Shown here: in pieces, positions 1-13,100 of the stretch
Position numbering within the stretch: position 1 is the stretch's first letter
Layout of the letters: each line of letters begins with the position of its first letter
Assembly (NCBI GenBank): GCA_963924565.1
Contig: OZ004610.1
Span: forward strand, 29,450,001-29,514,000
From: Ascidiella aspersa
Lineage: Eukaryota
Reading direction: 5' to 3'
Length of the DNA: 64,000 nucleotides
The notes under the pieces: model-generated
What the model was told of the DNA's origin: nothing
The model's input: the letters and a program-made list of their open reading frames with translations, nothing else
The model's database searches: none
Made by a program: the position numbers and the translations under genes

Positions 1-691
1 TACATTGCTTTATAAACATATTCCGCACAAGCGTTTTACATATTTGGGGTGCAGTTCAGATTTTTTCAGGGTTCACTTTTAAAAGGTTAAAAAATCTCGC
101 GGGTGCACTTGCCATACTTTCCACAGTGGCATACATACAGTGCATCATTGAGTAGCATCCTTATAATTTAAGCAAGATTAACACTGACTGCCTAATTGGC
201 AATAAACAGAAGTCAATAAATATACATTCGTAATATTTTTCAACATGTCTAAAACTTCATTGTTTGAGATTTCTATGAAAGGCGAACGTCTTCGAAAATA
301 TCCAAAATAGTATATTAAGCTACAAGGCTGCAATGTAATGTATCGTCTGATATTGCACTCTGATATTAAACGTAAAGCTGAAATGTATGCCAGCATAACC
401 TGCGCTGTGCTGTACCAAGTCGATACTAAAGACGTCACATTTGCGAAAAACGCAAGCATTATGACGTTGCAAAAACCAAAGGTCAATGGCAGTGAAAGTA
501 TAGGCTCGGTCAAAGAACGGTGTCAGTGTCCTGACATGGCAACAGCACATTCACAGCATATTGGCAAAGCTGGCGCGCTGTCTATAAGCAAAACAACCTG
601 GATTTAGAACTGTCCTTAAAATCCTGTACAAGCGTTTACCGTTAACCGGTTTAAATTTGAATATCTCGGAATGATGGTCACTTTTAAGTAG

Positions 692-1432
692 TACACAAAA
701 CTACCCGTTTTCGTCGACTTTTAAACCACGGGATGAACAGGCGACAATAAACCTTGGCTTTGTCGAAACAGCTGATGTTTCTTATCTAAATACGGGCCTT
801 AAGCGAGGCGTTTACCGCCGGCAGCTTAGAACTTATTACTGGGTGTGTCATCGATATGCGCGGTACTTTATAGTACAGGAAGTATATAGCGCTCATAGCC
901 AATCAGAACCAAGTACGGCGAGCGTGGGAATGTTTACACAACTGATGCGTGACGTTTGGGCGTGAATATTCCAGCACGTATTTGCATAACGCCGTACTAT
1001 TTATAGATTACGGCCACATAGATATCACACCAAATAAACTTTTTAGATGATTACTGCATTTGTTGTTGGACTCGCGTAAATCTGTGTACGTAACTAAAAC
1101 GTCACCGCAGAACGTTGTGCTATATTTAGGTACAGCCCAAACCGAAACTCATAGAAATTGCAACACAACAATACAAGCACTTGCACTTCATTGAAACAGG
1201 TTTGCATTCTCCTTTTTAAGTTAATCACTGGATTATTTTTAAGAATAAAAATACCACCAATTTTAGTCAAACAGAATATATTTCTTTCCAAAATTGCAAT
1301 TTATTTCAGATGGTGATCAGTGGCGTTCTGGTCAGAGAGCTAGACAACGAAGAGTCGTCGATGAAATCATACGTCATATATTTTACTTTGGGATCTGTTT
1401 CAAATGGTGAAATCGGCGTTGCAACATGGTAA
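692..1432 (+). CDS. Possible last two coding exons (692-842, 1310-1432) of an unknown gene that begins left of the window
   Basis: Open frame TQNYPFSS...RTYYW ends at TGG|GTGTGT. It joins in phase 0 to ttatttcAG|MVISGVLVREL...GVATW* (TAA 1430-1432). AATAAA at 1571. No family recognised. Confidence 0.3.
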
Positions 1433-1886
1433 TTGGTTAGATCTTAACGATTTGGTCCGCTTGACCATGTTTTTGAACATTATTGAACTTGTATTGAACG
1501 CCGAATTGCACCTATTTTACCACAGTCAATATTTTCTTATCGGTACCAAGGCAAACATTTGAGTAAATTTAATAAACTTGACTTTAATCATTCCGTTGAT
1601 TTTGCTGCGTCGCTTAAGCATAACCACCCCTAGAGTTGATGATTGGAAAACTAACAGAGCGTTTTCTTACAAAAATGCACTAGTTGTCGAGCAGCGATGA
1701 AACTCCTGTTGTTTAATGAATTCACGTGACAAGAACTATACACTTTGTTGTTACACAATAGAGCAAGTAGCAGAAAACGACAGTTTTGCTTTTTGTATAT
1801 TTTAGTCTGGTAAAAGTATTTTACGCGTGTGCCTTCACAGAGTTGTCCTAATAGGCATGGTGGGCATTGGTGGCCCACTTTGAGAA

Positions 1887-2283
1887 CAGTGGCGTAGCCA
1901 GCCGAAAATTTTGGGGGGGGCCAAAAAGTTGGAATTTTTTGTTTAGCTTTTACCATTGCATTAACTTCCGTAACGAACACAAATAACAATGCTAGCAAAC
2001 CGTTTCGAGCAGCAACTGACTGAGTGTTAACGCAATACTCAAAAAACAGTCAATGAGCAAAATCTGTCTGAAAGTAGTAAAAGTACATTAATGTATAGTA
2101 AATGTTATATTAACTACATCGTTTGTGACTTAACAGTGTATGACAATTGAAGGTGTGGCATGCCTGTGAACAAATGTTGTGGTACTGCTCATAAATGCTG
2201 CAAAACAAATTTTTAAGAGTAAAATATTTATAAATTTTGGGGGGGGGGGCATGGCCCCTCAGACCCCCCTGGCTACGCCTATG
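1887..2283. mobile_element. hAT-type MITE (397 bp)
   Basis: Termini CAGTGGCGTAGCCAG ... CTGGCTACGCCTATG; perfect 8-bp TSD TTTGAGAA at 1879-1886 and 2284-2291. Confidence 0.9.
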
Positions 2284-3294
2284 TTTGAGAAACCTGTCTA
2301 ATACATAGGCTACTCGTGTACGAAACAAAACTTTATTAAAACCCGTAAGCAGATAACAACAATATAATTGAAACACTGACACAGATAGAAAAAATGTCAT
2401 TTTAAAAGCTGCCAGTAGAGTTTTAAAACAACCAGTGCTGATGCAAATTTTGTAAGGACAAATATTTGACGTTATGTTCCTTGACTAAAAGTATAATTTA
2501 CAATTAAAAGTGAGTTTAAAATTGTGAAAGACGAACCTCGCTTTAAATACCGGGTTATTTATGTCAAAATCTAAAACATACCACGTTTAACGCCACAAAT
2601 AAAATTGTTATATGGGCCATGAGGTCAGAATGCGGCCGATGTTTTACTAAAGTGTAAAACCTACTTTGAGAACAGTTATAAATAGAGCTTACGTTAGAGC
2701 CAACCAGGCCAAAATCTTATCAAAAATATAGTTTATGTACGTCACGGAAATCGGAATAGCGAAGATCTTTTTGAGTAAAAAAGAGGTAAAAAATATTTGT
2801 TGTGAATAATCTCCAGACTTGTGTGCAGAAACAAACAGCAGCTAAAAATGTCAACACCAGACAAGTTTCACATTGAGACGTTACCAGTTAAACGATTTGC
2901 AAGCAGTACAAAGTAAAGACTACAAGTTTAAAGGTGTCAAACAAAAATTAGCTGATTAAATGCAACCTCAGTTTAAATAAACTGAAAACAGCTTTGTGTT
3001 AAGGGGTGCAAAAGTTGCCATTGTTATGAAATAGTCATATGCCCCTTATACTCAAGGGAACAACGTTTGTAAGTTGCAATTAATTTCATTACTAGACGTA
3101 TATTGAGCAAACAAGTTTGTGTCCTGTGGTAAGCACGTGCATTAAAACGAATAAAAAGCCGGAAACAATCAACAGTGTTGTAGAACTTGCAAAAAATAAA
3201 CCCTTTGTCGACTCTGGCATTGCAAAAGAATGGTGGAGAAAACAAAAAAGGGAGAAACGAAGAGAAGACACGCAAAACAAAAGAAGAAGGAAAA

Positions 3295-6200
3295 TCACGA
3301 GTCCTTGTCTTGGTTCTTTTTTCTCTTCAGTTTCCGGTTTCTCTCATATTTGATGGTCTCCGACTCCAAAACGCTGAGCTCCATAAGGCGCTGCTGAAAT
3401 GATGCGGGCGCAGACTGACACGGATCCGAGTACTGGCATTCGCGAATCGCACTCGACGAGTTGTACGAGTGGCCGATCGAGTCCATCCTGCAGCCATAGC
3501 GACTCGACATTCTGGACCTGCGGCAAGACGCGTAATAACGTTTATACGCCGTCGCTACTCTTTTTTTCAGTTTATAACCGCGAGGTTACCGCACACTTTA
3601 CATTAATAATTCACGACAAACGGCAAAGACCTTTCTTGTGGCTTATCGCAAAACGCAAGGAGAAAAAGTGGTGGACAAAGAGTTTTGTATTTAATATTGC
3701 CAGGGTAACTGTACTTTAAGATAAAGGTAATTTTCAGAGAATTACAAATGATAACAGCTGTGTTTTAATCAACCCAAGCCTTAAAAAAACAACAGGGGGT
3801 TAACATTTGGGTTAAATAACATCGATAAATCAAGTAAAACGAAACGTTCTGTTCTGTTTGCCTTTATTGCGCTTTCATATAACGAATTGGCGAACGGGAA
3901 TTTAAAGTCTGATATATCAACATTAAATTATTTCCTGAATTTGAATTTCAGTTTTCTCATTTGTTTTTGTTTTTTTATTTGTATTAATTGGGATGCTAGC
4001 CAGGGGAGATTAAATCCGTGTGTTGGAACTTATATTAAGTTATAATTAATAATTCGATTCTATAGGGCGGTATCGATGTATCTAACTCGGACTTCCCAAG
4101 AGGTTTACCCAGCATTTCAGTCAAAAGCAAACCTTAACTTACTTTATCGTAATTCCGTTTCGTTCCCTCGCCTGGCTTCCGAGTTTGGGCGAAAGGTTTG
4201 AAGCCGAGTTGATGCTGAGCGATCCAAGTCCAGAAGATTCGATCCGGGCTCCCGGCTGCAGGGGAGATGACCCGTAGTAACCCCCGCCGTTGACCGACAG
4301 GTCTGCGATGAACCCAAAAGGTTAATTTCGGTCAATTGGTGAACGTGGTGTGACCAAAGGAAGTTTATGATTCTATTATAGTATTGGTGGTTTGTTTGTC
4401 AGTGTTATAATCATTCAAATTGTATAATAACAATTTCGTTTTTATTATTTTAAAACATGAAAGTTGACAAATGGCGTCATTGCAGTGTAACGAGTGCTCG
4501 TCGAACCATTGTGCGTCATACTTACGCACGAGTCTAGTATCATGAATTAATGAAACCGGACTGAATTTTACGCTTTCATATGAATATAAAGTGTCTGTCA
4601 CTATATCGATATATGTAAAACTATATAAAGCTACATTTTGTAGAATAACCAAGATAAAAAGTTTAGTCGAAGGTCCACAAGATTCCAACCGACGTAACCT
4701 AAATTTTTACAAGCAACAACTTTTATAAGATTACGCTACATGCATTGTCGGTGTAATATGTTCAGTTGTTCATAGTAAATGTGTTTTTAGTTCGGTACCC
4801 GAGTTTATTTCCACACCTGTATTTAACAACGTTCTACACCGGTATTAAACAACGTCATAGAACAATGTCTGTCCAAAGCAAGCATAAACATGCTGATCAT
4901 TCTTACTGAAAACTAATGGATTAGATCCGATGCTGAAGTCTTTATCAATGTTATTGTTATCATAAAGGCTTACACAAGTGGATTCATATCTTAATTTGTT
5001 TGAGTTACAAAACAATGTTATTGAAACAGAAACAGCATCAGTGTAAGTTGAACATTGTTGCCAAACACTTGTAATTAACAAGGCGAACTCCTACCGCGAC
5101 AAGGTATAACACCAACCGCCGTAAGGACATCTACAATGTCAAGGCACCATGTGCTCAGTGACCTTGAACCATTTGACCACAAGTAATAGAATGCTTACAC
5201 AATTAAATAGGTCATAAAGCACTTACATCAAAATGCGCTTTAGCGAACTCATTGTTAATCTTAACACTTGCCTCCCATTTTGTAATTCCAGTTCTGTCGA
5301 CCCTTATGCAGTCGGAACGTGGTTAGGGTGGGGGCGGGGGGTGTGGCCAGGACGCAGGAGCTCGCCGAGTGGTTCCGGCCTTGCGCCGAGTGGCCCCGCG
5401 AACCCGGGTAATTCGGTGGGTGGCGCCCAAGAGCTGAGTCGAAGTTCACTGAAATCGAACGTGATTTTATTACACGCTGTTTTGAATTATTCATTCAAGG
5501 CAAACCGGACGGCCTGAGATTACACCAACTATAAGGCAATGATCTATTAAGAATTCAAAAGAAAAAATAGAATTCAAACAAAAAATAAATTAAGAATTCA
5601 ACGAAAAATAATGTGATATGCTACTTTTGAATGCTCAATTATAAAAGTATAGTTTCCGCTTGCCGGCGGCTTAATTTCTTTATTGTTTATATCAATGCAA
5701 CTTTTTATTTCATTCTAGTTTTGTTTATTGTAGAAAATAACTTTTTAACAGCAGTAAATAGGGTGTCGTCACTTAAAGGTTACGAACCAACGTCATAGTG
5801 GGGCAATTAGGCAAACACCGTCGGCAAAAATTGGGCACTGTCGGTTATAACGTCCATAGAAGGTAATTTTAAAGGCTGACCCCCAGTTAACAAATCTGTA
5901 CGTCTCCTTGCAAAAGACACAACGTTAATGACCAGGACAATGTTTTTTAAACAGGAATAAAATGTTAATAATGTTCCCAAAATTTAAAGCACTGACGAAC
6001 AGGAAATATCGTCATTCTGCAGTTTATAAGTTTATTAGGTTGACCAAAAAAGCACAACGTCGATGCTCAGCCAATGATTAAAGCAGCTTGTTTTACAAAG
6101 CACAATATTCGAAACGATTTTTGAGGAGTATACTGTCAGTATTCCCATGAATTGTTTCTGTCTATTAATCAAAAGAAACATTAGGTAACTAACCACCAGT

Positions 6201-7170
6201 ATGCTTGAGACTTGTACATTAAAAACATGAAAATCACGTCTGTTAGCCTAAGTATGACGGCTTTCATTTTAACCTCAAAGGGTATTTTTCGAAAATATTG
6301 TTTAGAATTGTCAGCAGATGGTTAAAATATACTCACATCTCTCTTCAATGCGGACCAGTGACATCGGCATTGTCTCCTTATACCCGCTCGAAGTCACGTG
6401 ATTATGTCGGTCACGGCTGGGCGAGTCCGCAGTCTTGTCAAGTCGACCGTGACCGGAGTAAGGTGAACTGCACGGAAAACAAGAATACGTAATTGAGCCT
6501 TTTGTATTCATTTATGCCAATAAAACAACTTTTTTTTGTTTGTTGGTTGTCATACGAGTAAAAATGCATTATTAATACTGTATCTATATTATAAATACAT
6601 ATTTTTCTAACAAAAACTGTTATGGCAAAAAAAGGGTTTGGCATCACATTGCTATATTCTCTTCAGAAAATACAAGAAAACTTTTAAATCGTACGTTTAA
6701 CTTACCAGTCGGTTGGGTTTGTAGCGCTGTGTTTTAGTCGTTGTGAAGTATCTTAACAAAAACAAAGAATTACAGTAATCACTTAATCTATATGTATTTC
6801 TAATTTTAAAGGACGTTGCGTTACATATAATGACTTAAATGTGTAAATTATACACGTAAGATTTATTTCTTTTCTTGAAAGATTAAAGAGAGTGCACATA
6901 CAAAAATGCACTAGGAATCAGTGACGATCACTTGAAATACAAAAAGGCGATTATATATATCCTAGAGAAATAAATGGAACAAATATCTTATCGATTTGTA
7001 TCGCACTCTGTTTGATTTGACTTACAGAAAACAAATCTTTAAAAGTACCTGCGCTTTTACGAATCTCCATTGAGGGATTTCCCCCGCCATGGTAGCGACT
7101 GCCTTCGTCGAATGAAACGTCGTTAGTCATCCGGAACGACGAGTTTGGGTCGGGCAGCATTGAAGCGGCG
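3295..7170 (-). CDS. Shared 3' six-exon module of the C8orf89-like gene
   Basis: Six GC-richer blocks with AG acceptors and GT/GC donors; phases 2-1-2-1-1-2 all match; ends at TGA 3295-3297. Confidence 0.8.
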
Positions 7171-10100
7171 CTGAAATTAGGCAAGGTTAGAATTAGAAGT
7201 GAAACAGTATTGTAGTGTGGTAAACCAGTGCTTGGCAACCTTTTTTCACTTGCGGCACCCCAACAGAGAAAAATCTATTCGGCGGCACACTTACGTGATT
7301 TCTGACGATAGACAACAAAAAAATATCCTATATGCTACCTGGAGAAAATTGATTGATTTATGACTCAATGCGAAGTACCCTTAAAAATACGAAACACCTC
7401 CAGAAACGTCGCGGCACACCTGGTATGGTCTCGCGGCAGGCACACCAGTTGCGGAGCACTGTTGTAAACAATTCATTTTGAAATTACTTAGGTCCCAATT
7501 AATTTAATTGTAAAATGACTTATCCCCTCATTAAGTCTAGTCCCAATCCAAGTCATTGTTACAGTAAGGACAAGTCAAGTATAATGCATCTAAATAAAAT
7601 GCTACATGTTAAATTAACAAGAAAAACATAAGGTTCGCGAGCTCTATTTTACAAGGAAAAATTAGGCTAAAAAACTAACCAAAGTTTACCAAAAATTATG
7701 TAACACTTATTGATTTTACGTCAAGTATTTTGCGTTAATGACTCAAGTACAAGTCAAATTATTTGTCCCACAGCCTTAAGTTAAATCAAGAGTCATTTTG
7801 CCCAAATGACATACGTTAAGTCTGTGATTAAAGTTAATCAAGTCCAGTCTTTAACTTAGGTCATTACAACAGTGCTATGTTGTTATGCGTGTTGCAAATT
7901 GGTGTTCGGAAAACTTTTGGCGTAAATTCGTCATTTTGCTGCGATAGTCAGACAATGGCCTTCGGGTAAACGAACACCTTTGTTCTCCATGGAAAACTAA
8001 ATTATGTTTGATTCAAGCAAAACCACAAAGGTTGTAAAAGAGATCCAAAAACAACTTTTTTTTTACAACTTTATAAAGTTGTTTTTGGATCTCTTTTACA
8101 ACCTTTGTGGTTTTGCTTGAATCTTACGATATGGAGAAGAGATCAACAACTAGCAATGTTGGAGCAGGCTTAGATCCCAAAATTAACAAAAATAGTAATA
8201 ATATTATTATTATTTCATCAATTAAATTATGTTTGTTGCGTAATGTTTATGTCACTTGTAATTTGTAAAATTTAACAAATAAAAGTAGACGTATATAACG
8301 GTCAGCAATTATCGCGAGTTCGTGATGTACGCGTTAGACCCACAATGTACTGCTAAAAGTTTGTGTACAAAACTAATTCAGCTTTGTTAAGTTAGGGTAC
8401 AAATCGCTTCGTAACGTAAACACTAGCAAAGCGCAACCGACCCAAGCTGAGCTTCCTCGAGACAACTTGCTTCTAGAGTATTCCCAGGAGTCAGAACATT
8501 TTCGCCGTATTCCTTGCCGGGCGAGCTGATGCCGTTGTCACCGTGGCGCAGAATATCATCAAAGGTAGTGGCGCGACCCTCGTCTGCATCGCGCGTCACC
8601 TTGACGTCATCACCGTCAGTGACTTCATCTGACGAGCCACGTCTGGACGGGAAAGCGGACAGCTGCTTGGACAAGCCGCCCTGCCTCTGTCGCAGCAGGA
8701 GACTGTAGTGAGCCACGTTGGATCGGAATCCACCGCCGGCCGCGATCTTAACGTGAACTCGGTCGTCCAGCGAGTTCAAACTGACGGCGCCGAGTTGCTT
8801 GCGACGAGTGGCGCGCTTGCCCTCGCGGCTGGCGAGTAGCCGAGTGGCTGCGCGACTCTTGGACATAGCACTTGCGCGAAGTCTCGAGTCGATGAAGTTG
8901 AGCGACTGGGAGTTGCCCTCCTTAAGCAGGAAACAGGGATCGCCCTCCAAACAGAGGCGCTCCACGTTGATTGCTGACGTCACAGCTGTGATGTCGTCAT
9001 CGCTTGCGCCCGACGAGTCGCGAGCGTTTGGTTTCAGGCCTTGCGCAGTCGCCAGACGCAAACGCGGGTTGTTCCTGGCGCGAAAGAGGCTGCTTTGGTT
9101 TTCCTTGCGCGGCATTAGCCCGTTTTCGGCGTCCGAACCGTAGTTGATCTTCCGCAGAAGCTTCTCAGCCGATTTCGAGGCTCGCGGGAAAGTTTTCACC
9201 ACAAGCATCACGTTCTGGTCTTCGGCGTCGGGATTCTTGTCGACAGTCTGAGGCAAATTCTCGGGCGCGTGCTGTTTGATGGTTATTTTGCGCCGTAGAA
9301 GTCTGACGCCTTTCAACGGACTCAGGTATCCCGGAAGGGACTGTTTCCTGCAGGGCAGCGCCTCCGATGCGAACGCGTCCGCAAGTTCGTTCGAAACGAC
9401 AACGATTGGCGATCTGGAGCGGATCGATTGCACGACGAGCGACTGAACCGATGTCAACTTTCCGTTGTCGGACTTTGCTTCGACCCTTGGTTCAACCTTG
9501 GAATCTATGGAGGAGGACTCTTTTGATGATGACTCTTTGGAGGAAGACTCTTCTTCGTTGCTCGACGACGTGACGTCACGATTCACGTCATCATCGATCT
9601 TGAACGTTACCTGAGGCTTCTTTTGTGACGTCACTTTGAACGACGATCCCTGAACGAGCGAGTCCATCTGCTCAGCGGGCTTCCTTTGTTTCCTGTCTCT
9701 TGTCACCAGGATGCGAAATCCTCCGGATGCGTTTTTTCTGCTCCCGAAGGTCTTGGTGTGAGCACGAGAGTCGGAGGACCGGAGAAGAGCCTCCTCTGAC
9801 GTGTCCTCCAGTGTGATCACAGTCGGTTGGTTCTGGGATCCCGAGAAGACGTGGTAGGTGTTGGAGACGGAAGTTGGGAAGATTTGGAAGCGGTTGTCCT
9901 CCAGATGCGGAGTCGGGTTGGGAGCGCGAGGCTGGCTCTTGCAGGAGGAGGACAGGGAGTAGCTGGAGAGAGCGGAGGTCGCTCGCGAAAAAGACGAGGT
10001 AGGCGACTTTGCAATAAAGTCGTTCAACTGAGGTGAGTCATGTTTGTGTGGAATCTCCAACGTTGGAGTAACGAACGATACCTTGTCCTCGATCACATCA

Positions 10101-13100
10101 ACTGTCTGCAGGCTGTTTCTTTCTATCGCCAAATTTGAAGTGCTCTCGTCCTCTGATGACAAATTTTCTTCTAAGACAAAGTCTCTTCTTCCTCTTCTGA
10201 AATTCTTGAGCTCACGAGCCTCGCGATTACGAGCCTTTCTCTTGTTTCGCCTGAAGTAGAACGAAGGCGGAACTCCAGCGCCACCCACCGGGCACATTAC
10301 GTCACCAACAATGACGTCATCGTCATGACAGCCCGACGTCAGTTCTACGATTCCACCGGTGCTGATGTCGACCAGGGTGGCGGTGGGCGGTGCTGTCATA
10401 TGAAAGCCAGTCCGCTGCGAGTTGGCCGCATCACGAGATGAGTACGTGAGCTTGTGAGTTGTATCGCTCACGTTTCGCGCGTGATCATGAGCGCGCTTTC
10501 GTGAAGGCAGGTCACGAACTGAGTGAGGCTGCTGATTTTTACTGTTTTGAGCGACATTTGAGCTTTCATGTGATGCGTGAGATTTATCACGGAGCTTTTC
10601 GTCGGTGAAACGCAGCGTCGGTGAAAATTCAAGACCAATTCCGCTGTCGCTGTTGGGCGTGATGTCGGTCACATCTTCCGTAATGGTATTCTCTCGGGTA
10701 CCGTGAACGCTAAACTGCACAGGCCTGGATAAACTTAACGCCGTTCTTGCCGCTCTGGATTGGCCATATTTGCCCAAGAACGGTTCGATGAGATTCAGCT
10801 GTTTTAAAGAGGAAAGAACGTCGTCGCTTTCTTTTAACACGGGTTTTCCGAAACCCTTTCGACCGAAAACAGAATTTCGCTCGGCAAGATTTTGCCGCTT
10901 GAAAGGGTCGCGTTCGGGATACTTTCTCTTGACGACATGACCCTTTTTCGTGAAGTTGTCCCGCTTTAGGGTAAGTGGTCTCGGGGGCTGTGGTTTGGTG
11001 ACTGCCTGACCCACGCAAATGTCGACAATGTTGTTTGAGGCGGTAGGTTCGTGCAGGTTTGCCTGGGAATGGTGGACGGAGGGCAAACGGAAGATTCTAT
11101 CCATGTTGTGTCGTCTCTTCACATCGCAACAAAATATTGGTAACTTTACTTCACCAAAAACTTTAACTCTAAAGTACTGGTCAGTTACAATAGTCCCTTA
11201 AACGGAAAAAACATTCTTCCTAAACAGTGAAAAAAATCCACATAGCTCAGCATCGACATAACACGGCATGGAAAATTCGTTTAATTCGGATATACGGTTA
11301 AACTAGATCAAGTTATGACATGTCTGGTTCCATATTCTAGCCCCATTACGGTAACCTGGCAAAAATAACTCGATTGACGTAAATTATGCAGATAATATCT
11401 AGCTTGTCAAACTAAATATATGCACCTCGACAAATCAGTATATCACGCATATTCGGTAGTCACAAGTGGTTTAATTTTTCTCAAACTCTTTAGCATTGCT
11501 TATAGCTGCTTTATATCACAAGTACTCTTGTCGTTTACCGTAATAGGCTGACCAAGGGAACTTTACAAATCAATCTACGGCTACTTACGCACACAAGTGT
11601 TTATTCAAACGCAGGTGACACAAGGTACAGCCCAGCACAGTCGGAGAATATTTGCTCTTTTATAGTTCAAAGGTGTTCCCAAAAGCCTACAAATCCCCTG
11701 GCAATGGCAGATGTTGGCCGAAAAGCGTCAACTGAAAAGGGCAGTTTGCTTTGAATGTTAAAACCAATCGGTAGCCTTTATTGCTTTCAAAAACAAGAAA
11801 ACTCAAAGCCGAGTAATTTTAATTCGTTTTAAGTACGGTAGGGGTTGAATGAAGGCACAAAATCGTGGGTTAAACAGCAAAAGAGCCGTTACTTCGCGCA
11901 AGGGCTATGACACAGGCCTGAAGTGGACGTTTGCGCGGAAAACTAACAGTTTCTTCGGGCGAGAAATTCACCGTCTGCAAGACGTAGGATTTCGACCACT
12001 CGGTGGTTTATTCGAGGACCGCAAATCGCACTTCAACCCACGATAAGTTACTGCGATTCCAAGCACATCAAGGCCAAAGCTCGGCTAAAAAATATTGAGG
12101 GATTTCTCAAAGGCTTGGGCGTTAAAAGTTGTAAGTGGCGACCGGCGATCACTGGGCAACGAATAACAATATTACCTTTGCCTAGTTTACGGTTTAAAAG
12201 TATATTTTAAGCATAAATCAGCTTCACTTTTAAAGTATTTTCAAACCCGCTTTATACTTTGCTATGTAAAAAAGATGCGCGAATTTTCCCTTTAAATCGG
12301 CAAATCAAATGAAATGTCAGCTAAATAGAGATATGTAATAAGATTTATTCACAGCGTAACGCACTCTAGCTCTTAGAAAAGCGCGAAAATTAAATTTCAA
12401 CTAAATTTATTCAATTAGTTATATATATATAAACATTCAGCTAAAATAGAGATATGTATAAACATTTATCCACAGATTTTCTATACCTCGGTCGGGACAG
12501 TAAATATTATGATAGCTGCAACCAACTACTTAACGACATTTGATTGAGCAGAATCAGTACAAGTAACAACATGGCTTTGCATTTCGTCGCCGTTTCAACT
12601 AACTAGAAAATTGCACTACTAAAATCCAAAACAATTCACAAATATTTTACCTAACGTAATTTTAAAAATAACCTTGCAAAAACGTTTGTGTGAAATACGC
12701 TGATAGACTCAGACAAAACATTAAACAGAAAGTAGGGATTCTAAAGTTTCTTTTTTGAAACAGTAAGTTAACAACTGGAGGTAACTAAATTTTCTTAAAG
12801 TTAAGCCACTTTTGGCGAATTAATCTGAGAACAATTATTAAATCTTACTCAGCGAATCTAATTAAATGTCAGCTAAATTGGAGATATGTACAAACATTTA
12901 TCCTTAAATCCAAAACCATCCACAAATATTTTACCTAACGCAGTTTTAAAACTAACCTTGCTAGTTTATCACGTTCGATCAAAATACGTTGATAGACCCA
13001 GATATACCAATAAACAGCATTAACACTTTTGGACCACTTGTAGTAACTAAGAAATCCACAAACACTTAGCTGACCAAGGAAACGAACAGGAATGTTAACC

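Noticed and set aside
8423-11122. 899 aa ORF as a retrotransposon, viral or standalone gene
   Set aside because: No RT, integrase, gag or capsid motifs and no LTRs. It has phase-compatible splice sites into the flanking gene, and the track's start is a GTG.
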